Source: Octopus bimaculoides (Eukaryota). Taken from it: DNA of 64,000 nucleotides. Location of the stretch: assembly GCF_001194135.2 (NCBI RefSeq), contig NC_068998.1, positions 508,186 to 572,185 of the forward strand. Reading direction: 5' to 3'. Below are positions 23,497 through 37,712 of the stretch, piece by piece. Both the position numbers and the translations under genes were made by a program. Every line of letters starts with the position of its first letter. Within the stretch, counting starts at the first letter, position 1. Under the pieces are notes generated by a model. It was not told the DNA's origin. It worked only from the letters and a program-made list of their open reading frames with translations, and did not search any database.

Positions 23497-23589
23497 ATTA
23501 TTATTATTATTATTATTATTATGTGCATCTTTGTATAATTATTTATGCATGCATTTGTATATTATGTGTGCCTCTGTGTGTGTATGCGT

Positions 23590-23635
<46 letters not shown>

Positions 23636-25551
23636 ATAAATATATCGATCTCCTGCCAGCATGGGAAGCTGATATGATGATGATGATGATGATAGCGATG
23701 CAGATGTGTGTATGTGTGTGTATTGGTATGCACTTGTATGACTGTATAACATTTCCACATCATTTTCTCCTCCCACTCCTCTCAAAGTTTTTCAAGTCTG
23801 CTGGTTTTCCTCTCTTTGACCATTCCCTCCTCCTCCTCCCTATCTCGATACCAGTTGTCATTTCTCTTGAAAAAACTGACCAATTCTTTCTCAATTATTT
23901 CTAATCTTTCAACACATTTCTTCAATCTCCGACCCCTACCCACTCAACTACAAACAGAACATTCATTTATAAAACATTCTTTTTACTTAAATTTCCATCT
24001 TAAATGGTTTTCTTCTTCTTCTCGTCTCTTACTTCCCAACCCTCCAATCACCCCTCCTTCTCCTTCTCCTCTATTTTTCTGCCATTTTATTGTAGCTGTC
24101 ATCATATTTTATGGTTGCCTTTTAACTTCTCCCTTGGTTGCAAAACAGAAAAAATAAATCAGAAACAAGACAATAAAATGTTTATTTTAGCATATTTTTG
24201 TTCCGGCTCCTGTTTGTAAACAGTCGATATCTAGACATATTGATGTGTTTTTTATGGTGAGGCTGAGTATTCTCAGTACATATTTCATGGCTTTTTCTGT
24301 TTCTTACATCCACACAACTTATTCATGGTCTTTTAGCTTACAATTTCTTTATTTCAACTGCAAATAAACACCAAGTTGTGTGTCTACTTTTGTTGTATAA
24401 TGTCCACTGATAAGTTTTACTGAAGTCTTCTTTGTTTGGCAATTCCAGACACTTCTTCATTTGGTAGGTTTTTTTATTGTCAGACAAAATACCTTGTTGT
24501 GTTTGTAACAGATCTTTACATTCTGAATTCAAATCTCAAAGTGACTTGGGCTGCAGAGTTAATCCGTTATCTGATCTGGTTCATGGTGGTTTTTAGTGGA
24601 GACCACATTGTTGTATGCTTCCAGATCAGATTTCCACTTAAAGGACAGCTTTCTCCCTTTTTCTCACCTCTGTTAGGGACTCTGTTAACAATCATAGTCT
24701 TTATTCTTTCTCTTCACTTATCATCATCATTGTTTAATGTCTGCCTTCTATGCTGGCATGGGTTGGCATGGTAGAAATAGTAGCCAAATCTTGTCAAACC
24801 ACACACTGCATTATGTTTTTTTAAAAAGTGATGCTAAATCCATTGTGAGTTTAAAAAAGGTTGTTTTGCAGTGGAACATTTTTTATCTTAGTTCTTTCTC
24901 CTGGGCCAGATAGACCTAGGGCTAAAAGGCAAGAACTGAGTTAAGAAAGACCAAAGAACGGTGCTTAGCTTCCATTGTAATAGCATCTCTTCTGTAGACA
25001 TTGCTAAACCAGCCCAAAGTATTTCAGTGTAAACTTTTATTAGAAATATTTTCACATTAATGGACAGTATTCTTCCTGAATGTAGCGTCGTCTCAGAGAA
25101 TGGAGATCAGGTGAGGAGACAAGAGCTGCAGCTGCACTTATACAGGAATAAATACAAATATACACACTCTCTTTCATATATATATATTGACAGTGACTTC
25201 AAAGTTTTGCTTACTAGCTGTCATAGACTGATGATGGTAAGCAAGACAAAACTTCAAAGTCACTCTCAACCTTTTCCTTGTAAAAATATATAAATATGGT
25301 TTCCTGTTGAAAAGTACTGAATGATGCTTTAGTTTAATGTTGGACCGTTTTTTTATGAATGACTATACATTAAGACAAACATTAAAACCTGTGTGTATAT
25401 GCTTATATATGCGCGCGCACACACACACACTATCTCTCTCTCTCTTTCCTTCTTTCTTTTTGTCTGTCTGTCTGTCTGTTTGTCTGTCTCTCTCTCCCTC
25501 CCTCTCTGAATTAACAAATAAACAATCTTGGCATTCAATAAAATTAACCAG

Positions 25552-25589
<38 letters not shown>

Positions 25590-28500
25590 GAAATGCAAAA
25601 CTCAATTAGTCCTTTGCAAATTCATTACATTCTGAATTCTCGATATTTCGGTTTTACTGATTGAAAATGTCTCTGGAGGATAACCTATCATATTGATTGG
25701 CATAAATATCATCTTCACTGATATCTCATGCATCAAGTTTAAATTTTCACTGGCTAACTCAATATTAACCCATTTCTCTTATCTTTTAATGGAAAAAATT
25801 CAAATTTATAAATTTCTATTAAAAGCCCCAACTCAGTTTTCTGATATCTCTGCAATCACAAGATGATGGTTCTCTCAATGATTCTGTCCAAACATTTCCA
25901 CAGAAAGCACATAAAAACTAGCACCATTTATATAAAAAGTTTACAAAATGTATTGAACACTCATTTCCTACAGAGTTCTTGGCAATCAGTTTGTTGTATG
26001 ATTAGTGAATATTTAATAAAAAGAGGAAATAATAAATTAAATAAACTTAGTTTTCAATTACTAATTGATTGGAAATAAACTTTCAGTTTTCTGCTTCACT
26101 GTAATTGTTGACTTTTCAACATGATTTTGAAATTAAAATTTGAAATTCACAATTTTCATGGAAGACATCAACTTCAGTAAAAAGCTATCAAATATCTTTG
26201 ACAACCAATCAAGTGTTTTGGATCAGCCAAAAAATCAATATGCAATCATGTTCGAAGTATATCATTATGTAAACGAGATGCAAAGAGTGAGCTATAGAAC
26301 TGTCCTGATTCACGAGGCATCAATTAAATTCAAAATCTAAAAGATTTCATTTACAATCCACCCATTATTTGGTTTCTATTGAATATTCAGTCCAACTGCT
26401 AGAGCTTTGCGAAGAATTCAGTTTAAAGGGAGCTAACTCTAGTGCTCTACTCCCCCTCCCCTTCGGTCCTTTATTTTCTTATTCCACCCCCTCCCCATTC
26501 CAATAACAGATTCAGTAAACTGTGTACTTGACAATTTTCTGCCAATACATTTCCTTTGCTGAATAACTTTCCTGACAGGAGGAGGAGGTTGGTGGATGGG
26601 TGAGGAGAAAGGATTAATGCTACAACTATTATTCCACATTAGAACCAGAAGCTTTGAAGAAAATGTTTTCAGCTCTCTAATGTACGTGATACATACATAT
26701 TGATGTATATTATATTTGAAGGAGCGTTTTTTACATACATCATATGTATGTCAAAATATTCCTTCAATTAGGTTCTGTGACATAACACAAAGATGGTCTC
26801 TGCTAACAGAACAAAAGATCTGTCTTTGATTGATCCATCAGAGTGTTCTCTTTTGTATATTGGGTTCAGTACTCCATCCTACATCTGTGGTGACCATTAT
26901 CTGGAATTCTCCTACAAGACAGCATTATACTGACCACAGTAGTTCTATATAGTAGTTCTGTTAGTGCTATACATTAATCTCAGTAATACTAGCATAGTGC
27001 CATATAATAACGTCTCGTATCTGTAGCCATAAGAGAAAACATGACCATTTCATCCCTGCCTCCACCATGCCCATCATCATCATCATTGACATTTCCATAG
27101 ACTTTGTGTCAACCTGGAATTGGTAGAAAACCCTCATGAGAATGTCCAGCTTATCATTCTGTAAAAGTTGGTGGCAACTTAACGAATGGATTTCTTTTTT
27201 AAAGACAAGAAGGAAAAAAATCAATCAGCATTTAATTATGGTTATATAAGTAATATGAGTAACATTCAAATATATATTTATATATTACTAGAGCAAACTT
27301 ACTCAGATTATATAAACTCAAAGAATTAGAAGGGAGAAGATATGGCGTTATAAATCTGACAACTGTTTCTTGCGGCTCAGTGTTACTTTATAATGTTGGC
27401 AGATGCAACCAGTAACGGAAGCAAAGAGACATTGGGAAAATTGAGCCTCCTTCTTCTGAGGGGAGACATAAGATTTTCCCAATTTTTCTTTAATCAGGTG
27501 ACTCAATGTTCTGAGCATCAGTTGTTATACTTGATAGTGGTGCTTGTGTGTGTGTGATGTTTGCAGTGGGGGTGGAGGAGCACATTATTGATTTGGCAAT
27601 AGAATCCCAATGGAGATAGGTATCCAACTCAACTGCATTGTACATGGAAATAACTGTTATGAAGAGAGAGAAAGAGAAAAGCTCCAAATTGGGTTACTAA
27701 CTAAATACTANNNNNNNNNNNNNNNNNNNNNNNNNNNNNNNNNNNNNNNNNNNNNNNNNNNNTATGAAGAGAGAGAAAGAGAAAAGCTCCAAATTGGGTT
27801 ACTAACTAAATACTAGCTAAATGGTAATATTTGACTGTTGATATTTTGCTTCAGGTATGTTGTATTCTTCCTCGGCTGTGATGGAATTGCTAGCAGGTAA
27901 TCAGTTGATATTCTGTATAGGAATTTAATACATATCAATCACAACACACAAAATTCGTCAATTTACTCCCTTGATGAAGAGCTCTTGGCTCAAAACATCA
28001 GGCCTATTTCTTGTTCTCACAGTAACTACATTTATTTAAAGCACTTTCTCTTGGCTTGTTGATGATGGAGAGCTTTGCTTATTTCCTCCTCCAGTTCTAG
28101 GTTTGCTTATAAAACAACAACATCAGCAATAATCGTATACGTTTTGAGTTCAATATGCAGCACCATATGTGGTACCCTGTGTTTGTTTGGGTTCTTTTTC
28201 TCTATAGTTATAAGACCTTCAGTTTTTTAAGAATGATTGTGAATGATAGAGCGTAGGGGCTAAACTGTGGGTGTATATATTTTTATGCACTCATTCTTAG
28301 AATGCCAGACTAAGTTGGTAGAAGAGTTGTAGACATCTGTCCAACAGGACACAGGTTCATATCTTACGCCCAGCACGGCATTACGTCAATGGGGTTGGAT
28401 AGATGGAGATGAAGAAGATGAAGAGAAACAAAGAAAGATTGGCAAAGAGAGAGAGAAAAGTGTGAGAGGGAGAAAGGGAGCATGTAAGGGAGTATTTAAC

Positions 28501-28782
28501 AGGAGGGAGAAAAGGGGAGAGAGAGAGAATGTGCATACATGTGTGTGTGTGTGTGTGTCTATATACTTCTGTGTGTATTCATGTGAAAGTGTGTGTGGAT
28601 ATGCATGCTTACCTCTGCATATGTATGTGTCCCTATATGGATGTGTATGTCCTTGTGTGCATATGCATGTCCCTGTATGCGAGTGTCAGTGCGAAAGGAT
28701 TGAGAGAAAAATGGAGAGAAGCAGGTGAAGAATTGAGTTTCAGTCGCTAGTAAAAGGTGAATGAAACAGAGTTACCTCCCTT

Positions 28783-28897
28783 CGTCTGTTAAGACGTGTC
28801 TCTGTTATTTCATGCGTCTGTGATTGCGGTGACGTTGTGTCGATCAGAGTCTCTCGTCGTTTATAAATATCCCCACCCCCACCCCAGCTCCCACACC
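28783..28897 (+). promoter_or_regulatory. Candidate core promoter-like segment
   Basis: 8 CpGs in about 77 bp, TGACGT at 28830, TATAAATA at 28862-28869 and an Inr-like CCACACC with its A 31 nt after the first T of the TATA. No downstream gene recognised. Confidence 0.2.
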
Positions 28898-29033
28898 CTC
28901 TCTTTATTAGGCAATGCTTTCCCCGTATATATCATGAGTGATTTGAGTTGAGATATAATACAGAATCAATACACTTTTCATATTGTAACACACAACTGTA
29001 TCTATATATATGTATATAAATATGTGTGTGTGT

Positions 29034-29074
<41 letters not shown>

Positions 29075-29431
29075 TAGAATGAAAAATGATGGTGCAGAAC
29101 GCTAGATTATTCTTAAATATTGAACCTGGAAATGTTGAAGAAGACAAAAAAAACCCCAAAAAACTTGGAATATTGCTGCTGATACCCCTCCCCCAACACC
29201 AACCATCCCTGATACCATTATTCTCTCTTTCTACCCATCTTACTTGTTAACCATTCATTGTCCATTAATATTGTTCTCCACACCCATAAATTACGGTGGC
29301 CACCCCCCCTCCTTGGACCACCAAATTATCTCACCTCATGCATTACTCCTGTTTTATCTCTCTACTTTGCACTTGCAGCCAGCCCGAGCACACTATCTGT
29401 CTGTCTGTCTGTCTCTGTCTGTCTGTCTGTC

Positions 29432-29476
<45 letters not shown>

Positions 29477-29499
29477 ATGTCTGTCTGTCTCTCTCTCTC

Positions 29500-29530
<31 letters not shown>

Positions 29531-29796
29531 TCTTTCAAAAGGTAGTCATTACCACCACACTGCTGGTATCCCCGTGGCTTCCCCAACTCATGCACCCACT
29601 TCCTTCAATCTTTACACATGTTGCCCACCTCCCTCACCCACTTCCCCCATCTCTCCTCCTACTACACACTCTTGCAACCCCCTTTCCCCCCACCCCTACT
29701 GCTTCTCCCAAAGATGCCACCTGGACACCTCATCACCACTGTCTATCTCCTTTTGCATCTGCCTCTCATTTATTCTCTCTCTCTCTCTCTCTTTCT

Positions 29797-29831
<35 letters not shown>

Positions 29832-30009
29832 TCCTAAATGTGAGTAGCCATGTGGCTCCTCTGCCACATGAACCTGATTCACCCCCAACCTCTTCCCTCA
29901 TACCTATCCCCCCCCATCTAACATGCAAATGCCAACATCCTCCCTCAGGGTTTTGTTGACTTGCAGTCTACAGGGGGGGGGGGGTGACCTCAATCATACT
30001 GGGGGCATG

Positions 30010-30180
30010 AAGACAAAAGGCACCCAGTCCATACTGTAAAAAGGGGTTGGCATTAGGAAGGGCACCCAGCCATAGAAAACACAATGCAGACCCTGATTTA
30101 TTGGCTCCTTGTCAAACTGTCCAACCCACGCCCACAGGGAATATGCAGGTTAAACGATGATGCTGATGTTGTTGATGATA
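30010..30180 (+). mobile_element. SINE family 3, degenerate
   Basis: 'aaaaggcacccagtccatactg...ggttggcattaggaagggcacccagcc...tccaacccacg...ggttaaacgatgatg'. Confidence 0.65.
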
Positions 30181-31739
30181 TATTTTCCCAGGTATAGAAA
30201 TAGGTAATGACAACTGGAAAAAGAAAAAAAACAACAAAAACCTATTAAATTGAGGAATGTCTATTTATTCCCTTCACCATTACTAACAGAGTTTCAAAAA
30301 TAGGAAAGAGAGAGTAGTTCCATCACCATTATTGTATAAAAGACAAGGTTTCAACAAATATTTCTTTTATCTTTTTCTTATTTGTTCTTTTTCTTTCTCT
30401 CTCTCTTTCTCTGACCGTTCTTTCATTGACATGTCAAAGACAAAGAGTTTTGATTAAATTTATTCCAACCATATTCTCATAATGTATAATAAATGTGCTT
30501 GTGTTTATAGTTATGTGTGTGTGTGTGTGTGTGTGTATTCTTCCCTGCTATTTGTTTAATATAGTGTTTTGTGCTGAAGTAGACAGCCAAAGTGAAAGCT
30601 GGAATAAAATCTCTGAGTTCTCCGTATTTTAAACTAATGGCACAAAACTACTTTTCCATGTTCCAAGAATATTCCTTTCTTTTTTACTACTTCCTACATC
30701 TTGAAAGATTTCATCCCAATCTTTATTTATTTACTTTTTCACTTTAAGCAACTTTCTGTTAATGTTATTTCTCTATACAATACAAAAATTCACAACAAAT
30801 TGAGACATTTAACTACTTTACTATTTCAAAAACCATGTATAGTTTTCAAAATGTCTCCCCCTCCCTACCAGTCAGTATATTTAGTGCTGATGCACTGAAT
30901 AAATCTCAAACACCATCAACACCAATGTTATATCGATTTGATTAATAATTATTGGTGTCTATATCTAAGGTGTGTGTGTGTGTTTGCAAAAAAACCCCAC
31001 TGACTTGTGTCTGTCACCTTCTCTACCCCACAACCTCAGGTCTGATTTGAAGTAAGAGAAATAATTCAAGTGGGGCAATGCCATGAAATGGTTGTTCTTT
31101 CAGATAAATCAATTAAATTCACAATAAACTGAAACCGTCTTCGTTCGAGGAAGAAAACAAAACCAGGCATTAAATGTTAGCAACTGTTAAAGAAGAATAG
31201 GAGATAATTTCTAGGAATTATGAAATAATTCTCCACCTGCTTTTGAAAAGCAAAAGTCCTGCAATGGTTCCGTCACAGAACCAAAATAGATGATGCAAGA
31301 AGGTGTCAGAGTTTTCTTCCTTGCATTAGATTAAAAGTCAGGTTGGTATGTTTCTTGATATCCTAAAACTGGCAGATTGATGCATTCTTGTCTAGTACTG
31401 TCTCTTACATGGAGCTGAGACAACATATTTGTTGGGGGTGGGTGGATTGGAATTTCATTAAAGTGAAATGTTTAGGTCTGTTATCCAGAATATCCGATAC
31501 TATTTACTTATATTGTATCCCTTAATTCCCTTTCCTTTGAGAGCTTCAATCTTTGTCACTGCAAGATCTCCTTTTTTCTTTCTCCATCTCAATGGCAAAT
31601 TTCAACATACCTCACACCTAGGTTCATTACAGTCATTGGACTGTAACCATGCTAGGATAGTTCTTAATTACCAGTTATTCTTTACTTGAAAGCAGGCAAT
31701 AACAAATCAATAAAAGTTTCAAGTAGTGCTTTCTTCTCC

Positions 31740-31942
31740 TGTGACTCAGAGACAATACTCTCCTTAGAATGCGAGCTGTACCCAATAATGCTGTCTTCTG
31801 GATTACATCGAGCCTGGCAGCAGCTCCGATATTCTTAATATGTTTTTCAAAGCCCCTGGAAATTGCTCCTAATGCTCCAATTACCACCAGTATCACCATT
31901 ACTTTCCCTCTGCTCCGTAACTTTCCTATCTTGTCCTGCAGT
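31740..31942 (-). mobile_element. R4/Dong-type LINE C-terminal (endonuclease end) fragment
   Basis: VMVILVVIGALGAISRGFEKHIKNIGAAARLDVIQKTALLGTARILRRVLS matches the typical C-terminus 'V.PVVIGALG......I..LQK.ALLGTARILRKVL'. Confidence 0.85.
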
Positions 31943-32719
31943 GGATTATTATTATTGCTATTATTATTATTGTAGATTCTCATTATCTTCTACATCTCTC
32001 CTTGTCTCAAAGAAACAACTATCTCGACAACATCTCAGCAGCTCACAAAATAAACTCAAGTCCTAAAACCAAATGTCAGTAATGAAATCTGTGAAATCAG
32101 AATAATTATGTCTGTGCAACTTGTCAACCCTGTAGAGGACTAATCGTAGAACGTTTCCTCTCTTCTTTCAATGCCCAACAGCAAACCAGAATTTCTCACT
32201 GTCACATTCTCCAACAGTGATTCCACTTGACAAGAATTATCTGCTTCACCTCTTTCTTATCTTTGATCCTTCTTCTCTATTCAACAACAGGTTATCGCCT
32301 TCTTCGTCCACCCCCTCTTTGCTTAGTTTCAATGTCAAAATGACCCCTGGCACTTTACTATGCTTTCCTGATAATGCTGACTATCCAACGATGGAGGATT
32401 TCTTTTCTTTTCTGTTTGTTCTTTTTTCATTCTTTAATCAGCATGCAAGTTCTAGATAGTCTCTTGTCATAACATCTCTCATCATCAAAGCTAAACCTGA
32501 AAGCTATATTAACTTTTACCATCCACAAAACAGTATGACTGTCAATTTGGAATGGCAGAAGCTATGATTGATAAAGACAAAAGCTTCATCATATTATGAT
32601 TTATGAACTGGTGATTCAGATCTTACTTTAGCTAAAATAGCAGCACTTAATTCCAAATAAAGATAGCATTTTATTTGAGATAACCGACTTCTGAGCCAAC
32701 ATCCTTTGATGAGGCAGAA

Positions 32720-32960
32720 GGCTAGAGTTAGTGGGCTTCACTTCTGAATTCATGACCCTAAGTTCAAATCATAGTCTTCTTCAGTTATTGTGTTGTAATT
32801 CTTGGTCAAGTTTGTTTGTCCAGTTAACCAAAACTTTGCAAGTGAAAATTAGTCGACACAAACTATGTGGAAACCTGCCAAAAGGACCTATTCTGATCTA
32901 TGCTTAATCTGTTGCCAGATGGAACCTGCTCCTGTTTGTAAATTCACTACATGGCCCTTG
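32720..32960 (+). mobile_element. SINE family 1 head, highly degenerate, running into microsatellite and gap
   Basis: 'aagttcaaatc...cttggtcaagtttg...aaccaaaactttgcaagtgaaaattagtcgacacaaactatgtggaaacctgcc'. Confidence 0.35.
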
Positions 32961-32965
32961 GATAC

Positions 32966-33003
<38 letters not shown>

Positions 33004-33871
33004 NNNNNNNNNNNNNNNNNNNNNNNNNNNNNNNNNNNNNNNNNNNNNNNNNNNNNNNNNNNNNNNNNNNNNNNNNNNNNNNNNNNNNNNNNNNNNNNNN
33101 NNNNNNNNNNNNNNNNNNNNNNNNNNNNNNNNNNNNNNNNNNNNNNNNNNNNNNNNNNNNNNNNNNNNNNNNNNNNNNNNNNNNNNNNNNNNNNNNNNNN
33201 NNNNNNNNNNNNNNNNNNNNNNNNNNNNNNNNNNNNNNNNNNNNNNNNNNNNNNNNNNNNNNNNNNNNNNNNNNNNNNNNNNNNNNNNNNNNNNNNNNNN
33301 NNNNNNNNNNNNNNNNNNNNNNNNNNNNNNNNNNNNNNNNNNNNNNNNNNNNNNNNNNNNNNNNNNNNNNNNNNNNNNNNNNNNNNNNNNNNNNNNNNNN
33401 NNNNNNNNNNNNNNNNNNNNNNNNNNNNNNNNNNNNNNNNNNNNNNNNNNNNNNNNNNNNNNNNNNNNNNNNNNNNNNNNNNNNNNNNNNNNNNNNNNNN
33501 NNNNNNNNNNNNNNNNNNNNNNNNNNNNNNNNNNNNNNNNNNNNNNNNNNNNNNNNNNNNNNNNNNNNNNNNNNNNNNNNNNNNNNNNNNNNNNNNNNNN
33601 NNNNNNNNNNNNNNNNNNNNNNNNNNNNNNNNNNNNNNNNNNNNNNNNNNNNNNNNNNNNNNNNNNNNNNNNNNNNNNNNNNNNNNNNNNNNNNNNNNNN
33701 NNNNNNNNNNNNNNNNNNNNNNNNNNNNNNNNNNNNNNNNNNNNNNNNNNNNNNNNNNNNNNNNNNNNNNNNNNNNNNNNNNNNNNNNNNNNNNNNNNNN
33801 NNNNNNNNNNNNNNNNNNNNNNNNNNNNNNNNNNNNNNNNNNNNNNNNNNNNNNNNNNNNNNNNNNNNNNN

Positions 33872-33931
<60 letters not shown>

Positions 33932-34679
33932 ACCTATTGTTCATCTTTTAAAATAAAGCATTTTATAACATAATCACACACACATAAACACAACAGCCTT
34001 GTAGATACAGTCTATTTTAGTTTATCTCTTATTGGTTATACCAGAAATTTACTTTAGTAAATCGTGTGTGTGTACGATTCTAACTCAACTTCTTTTTGCT
34101 TGTATCTATATATTTATATGACATTTCTTTCTGTATTTTTTAAAAATACTGTTTCTATTTCTTTAAATATTTGAATCAAGATTTTTTCCTATAAAATTCT
34201 CCATTTCCAACAGCTGGATTTTTACACAGAAATTATTGAGACTTATTTCTTCAATTGTAAAGTCAACCATTTCTATCCAGTTCCTTCAAGCAGCAAACTT
34301 AACTCTCTTCAGATTTCTAAAATCTCTGAAGAATCACAAATTGCTTGGAATATAGCTGCGATATGTTTTGTTGTTAGAATTTGTTATTGGGCAAGAAATG
34401 GTATTTAATTGTGCTACAGTTCCACTGGGATAAGATATGGAAGTAGCATCTGATAGGTCTTGTGTTCCTGGACTGCATTAATTTCACTTTATACCTCACT
34501 TTACGAACCTTCTCAGATCTTCCAGTCTGTCACTTTTGTGAGATGGTCTTCACACCTGGGGCAGGTGAAAAAGTGGGTAGTTTCATACTCATTTATTTAA
34601 CCTTTTGAATCCAGTATTTAGGGCTTTTTTTCTTCTGAATTCTAGGGGTTTTGAGGCATTCTAATAATTATTTCTATTA

Positions 34680-35040
34680 AATCTTTCGAGCGAGATCGTT
34701 GCCAGTGCCCCTGAACTGGCTCTTGTGCGGGGCCGTCGTAGGATTTTCGAGCGAGATCGTTGCCGGTGCCCCTGGACTGGCTCTTGTGCAGGTGACACAT
34801 GAGGTTTTTCGAGCGAGATGAGCGTGGCCGTTGCCAGTACCGCCTGACTGGTCTTCATGCGGGTGACACGTAAAAGCACCCACTACACTCTCTGAGTGGT
34901 TGGCATTAGGAAGGGCATCCAGCTGTAGAAACTCTGCCAAATCAGATTGGAGCCTGGTGTAGCCATCTGGTTTCACCAGTCCTCAGTCAAATCGTCCAAC
35001 CCATGCTAGCATGGAAAGCGGACCTTAAACGACGACGACG
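34680..35040 (+). mobile_element. SINE family 3, young CpG-rich copy with internal tandem units of about 62 bp
   Basis: Two to three repeats of 'tttcgagcgagatcgttgcc(a/g)gtgcccctg(a/g)actggctcttgtgc', then 'aaaagcacccactacactctctgagtggttggcattaggaagggcatccagc...catggaaagcggaccttaaacgacgacg'. Confidence 0.85.
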
Positions 35041-35043
35041 AAA

Positions 35044-35165
35044 GCTTAGAATTGTGGGAGAGGGGTCTAGCTGATTACATTGATCAAAATGCTGAAGTGG
35101 TATTTATTTTATTGACTCAAAAAGGATGAAATGAAAGTCAACTTTGGCAGAATGTGAACTCAGGA
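35044..35165 (-). mobile_element. SINE family 2, degenerate fragment
   Basis: 'ggtatttattttattgactcaaaaaggatgaaatgaaagtcaactttggcagaatgtgaactcag'. Confidence 0.55.
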
Positions 35166-35191
35166 AATAAAATCAGAGGTTCTTGACACCT

Positions 35192-35221
<30 letters not shown>

Positions 35222-35224
<3 letters not shown>

Positions 35225-35440
35225 GTCCTTTCTACTATAGGTACAAGGCCTGGAATTTGGGGGAGGGGGATAGTTGATTATATCAACTCCAGTACTCAAC
35301 TGGCATTTATTTTATGAACCCTGAAAGGATGAAAGGCAAAGTTGATCTTGGCGGAATTTGAACTCAGAACGTGAAGACAGATGAAATACTGTTAAGCATT
35401 TTGCCCAGCATGCTAACAGTTCTACCAGCTCATCACCTTA
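35222..35440 (-). mobile_element. SINE family 2, near full length
   Basis: (AAT)n tail, then 'cctttctactataggtacaaggcctgg...gaaaggatgaaaggcaaagttgatcttggcggaatttgaactcagaac...ttctaccagctcatcacc'. Confidence 0.8.
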
Positions 35441-36536
35441 ATGATGATGATGATGATGATGTTTTGCACTTTAAGCAGAAAGCTATCAATTTTGAGGGGA
35501 GGAGGTTAGTCAATGCCTATGACCCCCCCCCCCCATTATTTGACTTGATTTTATCAACTTTAGGGGATGTTCCTCAGCTCTGGTAGCAACAATTTGAAAG
35601 ACATTATCTTTGGACAATACTCGTAGTATGGAGGAGTGATGGTCAACTGGAAGGCCTTCCATAAAAATCTTTGCTCAGAACTGCATAATGGAGAAGAAAT
35701 TTACAACTGTAGTTGCATGGTCCCACAAGACATAGCAAAGGGCCCCAAATATATCCTTTTTACCAGTTTCGCTCTTGGAATTAACCATATTGAAGCACCA
35801 TTGACAATGTCAACCTTGGTTGACCTTTTATCTCTAAATAATGCAGAGTGGTCAACAAATTTACACATAAAAGGAAATAAACACCACTAGGTGATGTTTT
35901 GTTGGCCATTCTATCAGTTTTGTCATCCACCCACCGCTCACACAGAGACACTGTTACATAAAAGCTTAGACACACACACATATGCATGCATATACATACG
36001 CATATTGCAACAGGCTTACTTCTATTTTAACAATTTCTAAACATCAAGGCAAGAGAGAATAAGTAATAAAAGAAATTATCAATGCTATTAGAGGTTTAAT
36101 TCAGTTTTTATGGCCAATTAGTAGACTAACGGGACTTCGTTTCACTCTAATAACAGAGAGAATTGTGTGTTTACTGACTCCTCCTCCTTGTCTTTCTCCT
36201 CTCTTGCAAATTATTGCTTTCAACAGAATTCACTTGGTCCCATTATTTCTAAAATAATCTTTGTAGCTCAACAAATTCTAACTGCTAACTTCATTGAAAT
36301 GATAAGAGGCCAGTCTCTTGTCACATGTGACTCTTCCAGTCAATTATATTGAAATGTGGAGGAGAATAGAAACGTGATGAGGAATAGAACGAAGCTTACG
36401 ACAATGCAGATTATTTTTGATTCTTCGTGTTGTACTAGAATGGTTGCGAAAAGGTGTAATTTTAGTTTGACTACATCACAAAAACAACACTGACAATATT
36501 AAATCATGATGTGTGGGTGTGTTTGTGTCTACACAC

Positions 36537-36567
<31 letters not shown>

Positions 36568-36728
36568 TGCACGTACACCTTCAATCATTTCTCTGTTAGA
36601 TGTCAGGAAAATAATTAAAGTTAGAATTCTTTTCCTGAATTGGATGTGATCACAGACAAACATTTTATACGTACATTTATATATTTGTGTGTGTGGATGT
36701 GTGTGTATATATAAGATCAAGGGATCTA

Positions 36729-36771
<43 letters not shown>

Positions 36772-37292
36772 ATNNNNNNNNNNNNNNNNNNNNNNNNNNN
36801 NNNNNNNNNNNNNNNNNNNNNNNNNNNNNNNNNNNNNNNNNNNNNNNNNNNNNNNNNNNNNNNNNNNNNNNNNNNNNNNNNNNNNNNNNNNNNNNNNNNN
36901 NNNNNNNNNNNNNNNNNNNNNNNNNNNNNNNNNNNNNNNNNNNNNNNNNNNNNNNNNNNNNNNNNNNNNNNNNNNNNNNNNNNNNNNNNNNNNNNNNNNN
37001 NNNNNNNNNNNNNNNNNNNNNNNNNNNNNNNNNNNNNNNNNNNNNNNNNNNNNNNNNNNNNNNNNNNNNNNNNNNNNNNNNNNNNNNNNNNNNNNNNNNN
37101 NNNNNNNNNNNNNNNNNNNNNNNNNNNNNNNNNNNNNNNNNNNNNNNNNNNNNNNNNNNNNNNNNNNNNNNNNNNNNNNNNNNNNNNNNNNNNNNNNNNN
37201 NNNNNNNNNNNNNNNNNNNNNNNNNNNNNNNNNNNNNNNNNNNNNNNNNNNNNNNNNNNNNNNNNNNNNNNNNNNNNNNNNNNNNNNNNNNN

Positions 37293-37357
<65 letters not shown>

Positions 37358-37456
37358 AAGATATAATAACATATGTACATATAGGCATACATATATGTAC
37401 GTATGTACACACATATATATTTTAATATACATACACACACACACACGCATATATAT

Positions 37457-37712
37457 TCATCATCATCCTTGTCGGTTAACATCTGCTTTCCATGTTGGCA
37501 TGGGTTGGATGGTTTGACTGAGAACTAGCAAGCCAGGAGGCTGCACCAGGCTCCAATCTGATCTGGCAAGGATGCCCTTCCTAATGCCAACCACTCCGAG
37601 GGTGTAGTGGGTGCTTTTACGTGCCAGTCAGGCGATTCTGGCAATGACCACGCTCAAAAGGTGTTTTTTACATGCTACCTGCATGGGAGCCAGTCTGGCG
37701 GCACTGGGGACA
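37457..37712 (-). mobile_element. SINE family 3 copy
   Basis: 'ggttaacatctgctttccatgttggcatgggttggatgg...ggctccaatctgatctggc...caaccactccgagggtgtagtgggtgcttttacgtgcc'. Confidence 0.8.

Noticed and set aside
27658-27815. 53-bp direct repeat either side of a 52-N gap
   Set aside because: Exact duplication abutting both gap edges is typical of unmerged overlapping contig ends.
29244-29959. ORFs of 113-197 aa
   Set aside because: Low-complexity CTGT/CT/C-rich sequence lacking stops; no domain content.
32865-33973. Long ORFs (200-360 aa) here and at 36529-37482, 37801-38564, 54741-55682
   Set aside because: They are open only because they run through N gaps and dinucleotide repeats.
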